64,000 bases of DNA from Hemiscyllium ocellatum (Eukaryota): assembly GCF_020745735.1 (NCBI RefSeq), contig NC_083449.1:9398923-9462922 (forward strand), written 5' to 3'. This document shows positions 1 to 11,469 of the stretch, piece by piece (position 1 is the stretch's first letter; each line of letters starts with the position of its first letter). Under the pieces are notes generated by a model, which was not told the DNA's origin, searched no databases, and was given only the letters and a program-made list of their open reading frames with translations. The position numbers were made by a program, and so were the translations under genes.

Positions 1-275
1 TTCCCTCAACTCAGCACCGCCCTCCTAACCTGCAATCTTCTTCCTGACCTCTCCGCCCCCACCCCACTCCGGCCTATTACCCTCACCTTGACCTCCTTCC
101 ACCTATCACATCTCCATCGCCCCTCCCCCAAGTCCCTCCTCCCTTCCTTTTATCTTAGCCTGCTTGGCACACTCTCCTCATTCCTGATGAAGGGCTTATG
201 CCCGAAACGTCGAATTTCCTGTTCCTTGGATGCTGCCTGACCTGCTGTGCTTTAACCAGCAACACATTTTCAGCG
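1..275 (+). mobile_element. Penelope-like element pLTR fragment (family 1)
   Basis: Same sequence as the pLTRs of the GIY-YIG-bearing element at 26042-27423; contains a hammerhead. Confidence 0.8.
180..215 (+). ncRNA. Minimal type I hammerhead ribozyme (family 1), intact core
   Basis: ATTC-CTGATGA-A-GGGC(TTAT)GCCC-GAAA-CG-TC-GAAT: stem I ATTC/GAAT, stem II, palindromic ACGT stem III. Confidence 0.85.
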
Positions 276-960
276 GCAACTGTTCTGGTTTGATCTCGGT
301 TCATTTTGAAAGCTTCTAACCGCAGCAGAAAGCCCCATTTACAACATTCTGCCACCCAACAGAACCCCGCGGAGTTTTGAAAGTTGAGAAATCAGTGTGC
401 AATATGTCTACCCATGGGTCTGTAAGAAAAGGGGAACGTATGATGAAACTCAGGGCTTATACCCCAACCGGGGCTTGTAGCTCCCGGAATAATCAAACAG
501 GGAGTAACTTGAGCAAATAGCGGCAAACAAAAAGAAGTTTAATATGTTCCCAAGAGAGGGCACGTCCTCTTCTCTCGAAGCCAACGAGAGTATGGCTCTC
601 AACAAATCATCAACAGCTTTCTTTCCAATTTGAAAAGCCCGCCGATTCACAGATAACGAAGTATGTTTTGCATAAAAGAATGATGTATGAGAAAGGAGGA
701 CGTTGTTCAGATGAGAAATCACCAATACCTGTTAATTAGGTTACAAATGTATATTTCAGGCAATCTTTCTCGCTCATTCATTTGCCGAACCGCATCTGTT
801 TCTTTCTACCCTTTTTTCTTAAAAAAAATCTTTTCTGGACCTGAAGAATTGGCAGAAACAAAACCAAGCGTCAAGTATTGCAATCTGCAATTAATCTCTT
901 CATTTCACATTTCAAAAGCATCCCGATATGTTAATGAAACATCTCATACCTTCTCTCACG
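276..960 (-). pseudogene. Inverted H2A-locus remnant: upstream and downstream flanks joined, gene body absent
   Basis: Reverse complement of 604-645 matches the H2A distal promoter (18056-18097). Reverse complement of 276-500 matches the H2A downstream flank (~18990-19200). Reverse complement of 720-945 matches the H2B-H2A spacer (~17805-17860, 42715-42895). Confidence 0.75.
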
Positions 961-1164
961 GAGTAAACCACAGTCACAGAGAATGTTAGTGGCTGCCAGA
1001 GAATTAAGTCAAATTGGCCCACAAGAGTACAAAGTGGTTAGTACAGATTAAGGACTTTACCTCTCACTGCCACACAGCAGAAACTGACTAAACTGCTCTC
1101 ACATATTCACATTGCAGAGGCTGACAGGGAGAGAATGGTAGTCACACATATACTCTCATTGCTG

Positions 1165-1900
1165 AAAACAGGGCAAGACTTACATTGTTAATGGTAGGAC
1201 CCTGGCGAGTGTTGCCAAACAATAAAACCTACAGGTGCATATGAATAACTGGTTGAAAGTGGAGTGGCAGGTATAAAAGATTGAGGAAAAAAGGTGTTTG
1301 GCATGCTTGCCTTCTTTGGTAAGCATATCGAATATAGGAGCTGGGGTATCGTGTTAGGGCTGCACAGGACATTGGTTAGGGCACTTTTAGCGGAGTGCAT
1401 ACAGTTCTGGTCACGCGGCTATTGGAAAAATGTTGTTAGTCTTAAGAGGGTGCAAACAATATTGAAAGAGATGTTACCAGGTCTAGAAGGTTTGAACTAT
1501 CAGGAGAGGCTGAATACGCTGGGGCATTTTTTTTTCTGTGGAGGATCGGAAGCTGAGGGTGATTTTTATAGCTGCTTATAAAATCATAAGGGACATTGGT
1601 AGAATGAAAAGCCAAGGTCTTTCTCCTCGAATGGGGGAGCATAGAGGGCATAGGTTTAAGGTGGGAGGGCAAAGATTTAAAATGACCTAAGGGACAACCT
1701 TTCATGCAGGGGATGATGTCCATATGGAATGAGCTTCCAGAGGAAGTGATGAAGGTTGGGAACAATTACAACGTTCAAAAGTGCATGAACAGGAAGGATA
1801 TGAAGGGATATGAGCCAAATGCTAGCAAATGATATTTGGTCAGTTTCGGATATCTGCTCAGAGTGGAGCAGTTGAATCAAAGCCTGTATGATAACTAGAT
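1165..1900 (+). mobile_element. Old CR1 3' fragment (others: 2130-2560-, 10105-10260+, 19225-19415-, 34430-34800+, 34805-35760-, 37140-37770+, 51400-52140+, 54310-54605-, 63210-63980+)
   Basis: Degenerate similarity to the C-terminal ORF2 and 3' UTR of the element at 11470-13212. Confidence 0.75.
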
Positions 1901-2679
1901 TCTCACATATACATTACAAAAGCTTGACATGTGGTGTATGATAAATGCAATTACACAGTAATAAACCAGAGGCTGACAGGTACAGATTAATAATTACACT
2001 CTGAGATACACAGAACAAAAGCTGACACTATATTCCTGATGAAGGGCTTTTGCCCGAAACATCGATTTTCCTGCTCTGGTGCTGCCTGAACTGTTGTGCT
2101 TTTCCAGCACCACTCTAATCTAGACACAGATATACTCATACAGCACAGAAAAGCCCTTCAGCCAACGAGTCTACACCCACGATAGCTACCACTGAAGGGG
2201 TGCTCATTTCCTGCACTTGTCCCATATCTTTAAATATTATGACAATTAAAGGTTAAGGGTTCTGGCCTCTACTTCCTTCCCAGGCAGTGTCTTCCAGATT
2301 CCCACCACTTGCTGAGTGAAAAAGATTTTTCTGAAATTCCCTCTATATCTTTACCCCTTACACTCCATCATAGTGAGAATCCTTATCCTTTCCAAATCCT
2401 AACCCAATCACTATTTGTGATTGATCGCTCAAACAAGGGAAACAGCTTCTCTTTATTCACCCTGTTCATACGCTTCATAACCTTTTACACGAAAATTATG
2501 TGCCCCCTTTCAGTCATCTCTGCTCCAGAGAAAACAATCCAAGCTGATTTAGTCTCTCCTTTTCTTTTGGAAGTAATATTTGTGCTATGATCCTAATCCC
2601 CCATACTCGGTGTGGGTTCTACACTGCTGTTGTCACTGTCGGTTTTATATGAATGATTTATTTTTGCAACCTGAAGCAG

Positions 2680-3118
2680 CGCATGCGCGCCGCTGCCCCT
2701 TCCCCAAAGCTGACCATTTGTGCCTAGAGGAGCGCATGCGTGAGACCCTCCCCCAGCGCTGCCATTGAGGAGCATTTACTCAGTGAGTGCAAGAGGTTTG
2801 TTTGAAACTGACCGCAATGGAGAGATCAGCGCCCAGGGAAGCGAGGGAACAGCAGACTCTTTCCAGCAGCACATCGGGATGGGAGCCTGGGACACAGAGG
2901 GGGCTCCGAGACCGGGATTGATTCGGGGTGAGTTCAGGGAGAACCGGGGGCTGTTTGTAAGAGGCCGAGCGGAGCAGGACCTGGTCCCGGAACTTGGAGT
3001 GAGCGGGCTGGGGGGAAGAGAGAGGCCTTTCTCGGGCTGTGTGTGGGCCTGCTGAGGGAGGCAGAGCGGGAAGAAGCTGCTGTGGGACATTCTTGTGGTT
3101 TGCAATCCTCTAAACATT
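2680..3118 (+). promoter_or_regulatory. Conserved GC-rich promoter / putative first exon, copy 1 (donor GT at 2928)
   Basis: Two NRF1-like GCGCATGCG sites, YY1-like GCCATT, retained CpGs, GGG|GTGAGT donor; three near-identical copies in the window. Confidence 0.65.
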
Positions 3119-5014
3119 GATAGAATTAATTGTTAGGCTTCTGTTTCACGTTGTTTGTTGATGTTGGGCAGTGAAGAATGGAAACACCGACCATAATTTT
3201 GTGACAATCTTGTAAAGAACACGCAGTAGAGTGAACAGATTTGAAGTTTCGAGTAAAACATTAGACATAGCGTCCCTTGTTCTTTCCTTCAACATTTAGT
3301 GTATTGTCAGCTTGCTATTGATATAATAGCTATTCGACAATATATATATAATTACAATTGCTATTGTCAGCTTGCTTCGGGAACTTCCATTCATGGAGGT
3401 GTACAGATGTTAGTTCTGGATCTCACCCAATTGTCACAAAGTTGCAAACAGAAGAAAAGATGACGAGGAGCAACTCAGGGCAAGAGTGGAATCAAAACCT
3501 GGTTCTGTTTGAATTGCTAGGTTTAATGATTATTAACTGACTGCCACACTGATCGGTTTAATCTTACGTGGCTTATGTTGATTTACAGCTGAAAATTCTT
3601 CTGTCTTCCTCCAAGGAAATATTTGAATGCTGAAGTCAATGTCATATTTCCTCAGTACAATGCCACGTGTGACAAGTTGCTTCTAACAAACAGCATGTTA
3701 CCACTGTCAAAGCAGAGTGCATCTTTTCCACAGGCACAGAACAGATTGGATCAGACTTAGCTTGAGCTCTATTTTGCAGAGATATATCCAAACAAACAGT
3801 CAGACACAACTGCGGAAAGACAGTTTATTTTCCTCTGCATTCTCCACAGAAATCTTGCAAGTTTCAATTAATATGATTCATGCGCCATTAACATTCACAC
3901 CATGTTTGAAATTGACTGGTTGTCTAAAGTAAGCAGTGGTGTACTAAATCAAGTTTACATTTAATAGGGCATTTTAAATGTCACAAACCAAATAAACAAT
4001 GACATTGTGCTTTTACATAGTTTCAACAAGTAGTGAATCATTACTGAGCACAAACACACATACACAAAAGGTATAGACTGATTCTGATTGAGTCGCAAAT
4101 ACACTTACCATATCGGCACACAAGATGCAGAGACGAACAGCAACGGACAAACAAATACACTGCAGGAAACAGAAGTGTATATATACAAAATGTTTATACA
4201 AAAACAAACAATGAATCCCATTCAGCCAACATTTCATTTTAATAAGTGTGTCATGGCAGCAGAAGAGATACCAAAATAATTGTCAGCATATTCACCTTGC
4301 CGGAATAGAACTGAATTTTCACTCTGCTGAGTATTAGTTTTTTATTTAATAAATGTGGGTAAATTTGTCTCCAAATTCACTTTAATATTCCGCAAAGAAT
4401 CCTATTTGCCCCACCCAATGAAATATTACATAAAGCAAGAAAATACAGTCATATCCTCAATTTAGCAATATAATCAAATAAACACCGTTTTAATTCAACA
4501 AAGTGATTTAGCCGAATCTTGTAATTCATAAATCCTCACTTTTTTTTGCAAGATGAGGTCAATCATGTTCAATAAATTGCCTGAGTGATTTAAATCTTCT
4601 CCACTGTATGACAAAAATACAAGACTTTTCACTTTCCTCATTCCCACCATTGAGCATCAGGAAAGTACTGCTAATGGCTTGCACCATCACACCACAGAGC
4701 AGGATTATGTAATACAATAGAATGTTGAAGTGAATTAGCCAATTCTCTTTCCCATAGCAGGAACATGGTGGTCAGTTGGCTAAAATACAATTTATTTGTT
4801 TGTTCCCCTTTCCTTTCGACACAAACAAAGGAATGTAACACCTATTAATTTCTCAGCATTATTCACAAAAGTATGTAGCTATGCACTGAGAAAATCTGAT
4901 GGCATCCTGAAGAACAGCCCGTGATATTATTCCTTCCAGTCAGAGCCTGCATTATAGGATTTGAAAAACCTTTGATTTTCTATTACACAATCCATGACAC
5001 AAAACAAATGCACT

Positions 5015-8000
5015 GAGCAGAAACTGACAGGTACAGATTGTATTCCCACAGTAGAAACTGACAGGCATAGATCGATAACTAAATTCACAGAGTTACAAAG
5101 GAGAAGCTGGCATGTACAGATTAATGACTGTACACATACATTCACAGAGCAGTCAGATTGGTAGCTATATTCTGATATTCATATTGCAATAAAGTGTATG
5201 TGCAGATTGCTAATTGCACGCTCTAACACATATAGCAGAAATCGACAAGAAGAAATTCAGAACTATATTTACATACCAGAATGGGCAGCTACAAATTGCT
5301 AAGCATATTCACAACATAGAAGCTGATAGGGAAAGATTGATAAATGCACTCACACATTCACATGGCAGACACTGACAGTTACAGATTAACAACTGTACAC
5401 TCAGATACACAGAGCTGAAACTGACAGGGGCAATTGGTAAATACACTCAGACATTCACATTGTAGTTACTGACAGAGAAAGTTTGATAACAAATCTATCA
5501 TATCGACAAAGCAGAAACTGACAGGAAGAGATTAGTAATAACACTCTCAGTTTCATATTGCATGAACTGACAAATATAGTTTGATAACTGATCTCACAGT
5601 TTCACAGAGCAGAATCTGACAAGTACAGATTGAAATCAATATTCAGTTTGACAAGCAAAAAATGACAGGTGTAGAATGACAATGATCCTCTCACATTCAA
5701 CATTAGAACCTGAAGGTATAGATGCATATCTATACTCATATTCACAAGGCAGAAACAGTTACAGCTTGATAACTACAGTTGTTTATTCACGTTGCAGTAA
5801 CTGACTGGGATAGATTAATGATGATACTGACACATTCATATGACAGAAACTGATCGATAACTAAAATATTGCAATAAATGACAGGAACTGGTTGGCCCTC
5901 CCTATGATATATTACAGAAAATGTGAACAAATTATCAATGCAGCTTCCCAACACCCTGGGATATACTTGATGCAGTCCCAGAGTTTGGGACATCTTTCTG
6001 TTTTTTTAATTACCTCTCGCACCTCCTCTTTTGGTATTTGGACTGTTTTCAAGATATCAATATTTATTTCCCCAAGTTTCCTAGTCTTCATAGGGACAGA
6101 ATGATAAGCAAATTCATATATACAACTAGGGGGAAACTAGCAGGGAGAGAATGGTAATTACACACATTCACAAACAAGAAACTGACAAGTGCAGATTAAT
6201 AACTGCTCTCTCAGATTTACAGAACAGAATTCAATGGAGACAGCAATGTAACTGCTTTCCCATATTCACAGAGTAGAATCTGATAGTTACATATTCATAA
6301 CAAATCTCAAATATTCACTTTGCAGAAACTGATAGGTATGGATTAACAACTACACTCGCAGATTCAGAAAGCAGAAACTGAAGGAACAATTTGCTAACCA
6401 TAGTCACTTAGCAGAAACTGACAGGTACAGATTTACTCTCCCATATTGACATTGCAAACAGAAATTGATTGGCACAGATTAATAACTGCAGTCATATTGG
6501 CATTGCAGAAATTGACAGGTATGGACTGATAAATTTACTCCCATTCACAAAGCAGAAACTGGCAGGAACAGATTGATAACTGTATTCCCACATGTTTCTT
6601 TTTCTTATTTCTGGGATGTGTGCATTGCTGAGTCTCCCTAATTGTCTGGAGGCACTTAAGTGCCAGCCACATTGCTGTGGGTTTGGAATTACATGTAGGC
6701 CTCACCAGGTAAGGATGGCAGCTTTTGTTCCCTGAAGGATGTCAGTGAATCAGAAGTTTTTTTTCCCCTGAGAATTGGCATTAAACTCTTATTTTTAGAT
6801 TATATTGAATTAAAATGCCACCATCTCCATTAATGGGATTTGAACCTGGGTCCACAGAATAATAGTCCACAGGCTCTCTGGACAAATAGCCTAGTGATAA
6901 TACGATGAGATGGTTGCCTTCCCTATTCACATTCACTTAGCTGAACCTGACAGGTATAAACTGATAAATACACTCTCAAATTGATAGAGTTGAAAGTGAC
7001 AGGCATAGAATGATAACTGCACTCACATATTCATATTGCAAAAACTGGCAGATTCAGATTGAAAAATGCATTTATACATTAGCAAATAAACTGATGGGGA
7101 GAGATTAATAACTAATAAATTTATATTTAATAACACATATAGCAGATACTTTCTGGTCTCGTCTTTTTAGTTAGAATTAGAATCCATACAGTGTGAAACA
7201 GACCTTAAGCCCAGCAAGTCCACACCAACCCTCCGAAGAGTATCCCACCCAAAGCCATTTCCTTATCACTCTACATTTACCTGTGATGAATGCACTTACC
7301 CTACACGTCCCTGAACACTATGGGCAATTTAGCATGGCCAATTCACCTAATCTGCACATCATTGAACTGTGGGAGGACACTCACACAGACACAGGGAGAA
7401 TGTGCAAACTCCACCAAGTCGCCCAAGGCAGGAAACAAATCTGGGTCCCTGGCACTGTGAGGCAACAGCGCCAACCACTGAGCTACTGTGTCATATAATG
7501 TGCTGCATTATACAAGAACATTCACATCCCAGAAACTGACCAGTACAGATGGATTACAACACTCATATGTTCACGGAACAGAAACTGTTAGTTACAGATT
7601 GATAACCACATTTTCATATTTACATTGCAGAAAATGATGGGTTTGATTTAATGAATATATTTGCATTTTTACAAGCAGAAACATTCAGGGATATATTAAT
7701 AATTGCATTCATACATTTACACATCTGAAACTGACAGGTACAAATCAAAAACTAAACTCATTTTGTCACAGAAACTGAGACACATAGATTGATACTTGCA
7801 CTCATACATTCAGATAGCAGAAACTGACAGGCACAGATGGATAACTGCATTCACTTAGCAGAAATTGACAAGCACTTTCCCATGGCATATCCTAACAGGT
7901 AAAGGTTTATAACTACACTTTCAAATTCAGAGGAAAAAACACACTGTCATGTACAGTTTGACAACGATACTCAAAAACAACAAAGCCGAATCTCACAGGT

Positions 8001-10100
8001 ACAAATTGGTAACTATGCTCTCTCATTGACCCAGCAGAAATTGACAGATGCAAACTGATAACTACACTGACACATTCACAGCACAAATTGACAGGAACAG
8101 GTTGACAACTATCCTCATTCATTCACGTAGCAGAAACAAACAGGTACAGATGATAACCACTACTTACCTATTCACAGAACAGAATGTTACAGTCATAAAT
8201 TGATAACTGGACTCATAACATGTACATTATGGAAACTGACATACATTTTGATAAAGGCATTCAGACATTGCCAAACCATATCAAAACACACACATACACA
8301 CACACACAAGAAACGCTCAGGGACAGGTTGGGAAATACACACACATATGCGCATCAATATGTCCATATTGATGACTATATTTGGATGTTCACAAAGCAAA
8401 GAGATTGATAACTGCATCATGTTCACAGAGCAGAATCTAACAGGTAGAGATTAATAACTATATTTCCATATGCACATTGTTGAAACTGACAGGTTTACAA
8501 ATTCATAACCTTATTCACAACACAGATACTAACAAGGAATGATTGTTATATGCACTCACATATTCACCAAGCAGAAACTGACTGGTACAGATTTATAACT
8601 AAACTCACATGTTGAAATAACAGGAACTGAAAGGTACAGACTGATAGCAACACTCTCATTCTCATAGCTCATACTGCCAGATATTGGTTGATACCTACAC
8701 TCTCATTCATATAGCAAAAACTGGCAGGTATAACTTAATTACTTCCTCGGATATATGAAGCAGACACTGACAGGGATAAATTACACTCTTCTAATCACAT
8801 AACAGAAAACCTCAGGTACAAAGTGATAAGAACACTTCCACTTTCACATAACATAAACTCGCCGATACAGTTTGATAAGTACAGTCAATTTCACACAGAA
8901 TCTGACAGGTAGAGATTGAAAACTGCGCTCTCATATTGACTTGGCAGGAACAGATAGGCATAGATTCAAACCTGTGCCCACATATTCACATTGACGAAAC
9001 TGACTGCTAAACTTCTGTATATGCAGAGAAAATTTTCTGACAAGTATAATTTGATAAAGACACTCAAATATTCATCGGGCAGAATATATGGATCACAACA
9101 CTGTCTCACTGAGCAGAAACTGACAGGGAAATGTTGATAAAACACTCACATATTCACATTACACTCACATATTCACATTGCAGAGACTGACAGGAAGAGT
9201 TGCTTTTGAATTTCTCATATTCACACAGCAGAATTGGTCAGGGATAGACTGACAATTTCACACAAGTATTCAGCCAGAAAAAACTGACAGGTATGGATTG
9301 GTAACTACATTTACAGATACACATACATTCTGACAGGGACAGATCAAAACTAAACTCTCTGGAAAACTCAAAGCAGAATATGACAGATACAGAATGATTA
9401 ATGCATTTACACATTCACAAATCCAAAAGTGACAGTTACAGATTAATAACTAAACACTCTGATTCAGAGAACAGAAACTAACGAGGAAAGGTTGATCAAT
9501 TCACTTTCACATTGCAAAGACAGACAGCAATAGATTGATAAATAAGCCACAGATACAGAGCAGAAACTGAACGGTGCAGATTGTAAAATACATACATGCA
9601 TGGACATAGCAGAAAGTGACATGACAGATTGATAATTACAGTCACACATTCTCATTGCAACAACTGACAGCGACACATTGATTGACAATCACTTGCCCAT
9701 TTCACAAAACTGACAGGTAGAGACTGAAAATGACAGTCACATTCACACAGCAGAATCTGACAGGCACAGCTGGATAACAGCACTCTCACATTCACATTGA
9801 TTAAAACTGACAGGTTTATGTTGATAAATGCATTCACCTATTAACAAACCACAGTCTCACAGGGACAGGTTATTACTGACATTCTCAGATTAACAGAACA
9901 AAATCTGACAGGGATAGGCTGGCCAATAAATTCACTCATTCACATTGTGAAGACTGACAAATACATACTAATAATTGTATTTTGATATTTACAAGTCGAG
10001 ATGGATAAATCCATTCAAATATTCATTCAGAAGCAATTGATAAATACATTTACATATCTACGAAACAGAGACTGACAGGAACAAACTGAGAAATACATTC
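5015..10100 (+). repeat. Degenerate ~47-49-bp minisatellite (consensus approximately CACATTCACANAGCAGAAACTGACAGGTACAGATTGATAACTACACT)
   Basis: CTGA core recurs at 5323, 5372, 5421, 5469, 5518, 5567, 5616. Further tracts at ~1040-1150, 1900-2030, 11090-11450, 13240-13700, 14720-14830, 23520-24000, 24740-25070, 25840-26040, 27430-27570, 29330-29490, 30240-30450 and 60050-60650. Confidence 0.85.
6606..6923 (-). mobile_element. tRNA-derived SINE (SacSINE1/Deu-domain-like); second partial copy at 23230-23450
   Basis: B-box-like GGTTCAAATCC on the minus strand; two homologous copies. Confidence 0.6.
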
Positions 10101-11195
10101 AGATTGCAGAAAAGGGCTCTCAGCTGCAGGGTTATGGGCTAGTTGCAGGAAGGTGGAATTAGAATGGCCATCTGGTGTCTTTGGGTTGGAATGGACATGA
10201 TATGACAAATGGACCTCTTATGTGCAATGTCATGTCAATGGATCTGTAGTTCTATGTTAATTTGTCCCTGTGAGTCACTGCTATGTGAATACATAAGTAA
10301 TTTCAGAAAGGCTTAGAAGGACAGAATGTGAGAGTGTGGTTGTCATTCACAAAGTAGGAATGTCAATGAATAGTTCAAAAACGAAACTGATTCCCAGTTC
10401 CACTTGCATTGGATAGCCCCATTCTTGGAGCTGTACCGTTATTGCTTAGTTTCTGGACCTCACTCAATTGGTATTGAATTAACAAAAAGAAAAATCACCA
10501 GACATGGATCAAGGGTAGAATCAGACATATTTGAATTCCTGGCTTTAAATACAATATCCTTATGATTATTAACAGAATGTTTCATTGATCAGTTAAAGAT
10601 GGTCAAACTTGGCTGATTGGGTGATTTACAGGAGATTTCTGTTCTGTCTTCTTCCAGGCAAATACTTGAAGGACCAAGACAATGTAATATTCCCTCGGTA
10701 CAAAGCCAGGTGTGACCAGCTGCTTTGAACAAACAGCAGGTATGTTACCGTTGTCAGAGCAAAGAACATACTTTGCACAGTCAAAGCAGATTGGATGAGC
10801 TACTCGTGGAGCTTAATTTGAGAGAGATGTTCAAACAACAGAGAAAATATAAGTTTGTTTTGTTTCTCACAATTCACAACGCAAATGTGTCCAGTTTGAA
10901 CAAATGTCACCATTCATAGCTCATTGACATTTGCACAATTTTGAAACTGGAAAGTCTGAATTCTTGTCCAAAACATACACACAAGAACGGAAACAAATAT
11001 ATCTAAAATAACCCTCATAGCAAGTATTGCATAATGAATCACACCCTCACAGAAAATATTCGTGGCTGCCAGAGAATTACGTCCCTTTGACAAATAGAAA
11101 CTGACAAGTATGCATTGATACCTCTGATCACTCGTTCAATTGGCAGAAACAGGCAAAACGACATTGATGATGACACACACATTGACAGGGCATTT

Positions 11196-11199
<4 letters not shown>

Positions 11200-11275
<76 letters not shown>
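11200..11275 (+). repeat. (CA)n microsatellite
   Basis: Perfect ~38-unit run. Confidence 0.97.
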
Positions 11276-11277
<2 letters not shown>

Positions 11278-11469
11278 CTTCTGGGAACTGTCATGGATAG
11301 ATTCATGATGCTCAGATGTTCATATGATAGAAAGTGACACACATTCTCATATTTTCATTGCACATACCAACAGGAACGGTTTGACAACTACACTTCCATA
11401 TTCAGATATCAGTAAGTATCAGACACAGATGAATAATTGTGCTCAAATGTTCATCCAATCAGAAACTGA

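Noticed and set aside
184-190. TGATGA motifs as C/D snoRNA C boxes
   Set aside because: Fully explained as the hammerhead CUGAUGA core inside PLE repeats.
2765-3055. 96-aa ORF repeated three times (also 19471-19761, 44389-44733)
   Set aside because: It starts at TTG, runs through a splice donor and shifts frame in copy 3. Only the ATG-to-donor part is retained as a hypothesis.
5015-10100. Repeat/spacer pattern resembling a CRISPR array or decayed C2H2 zinc-finger linkers (HIHTAET)
   Set aside because: Eukaryotic context, 'spacers' are mutually homologous, and there are no cas genes. The 47-49-bp period is neither 84 bp nor frame-preserving, and there is no Cys pattern.
11115-11342. His/Thr and Cys/Val ORFs; Arg/Glu ORFs at 16015-16241; Gly/Pro ORFs at 60979-61635
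   Set aside because: Translations of microsatellites and low-complexity DNA.
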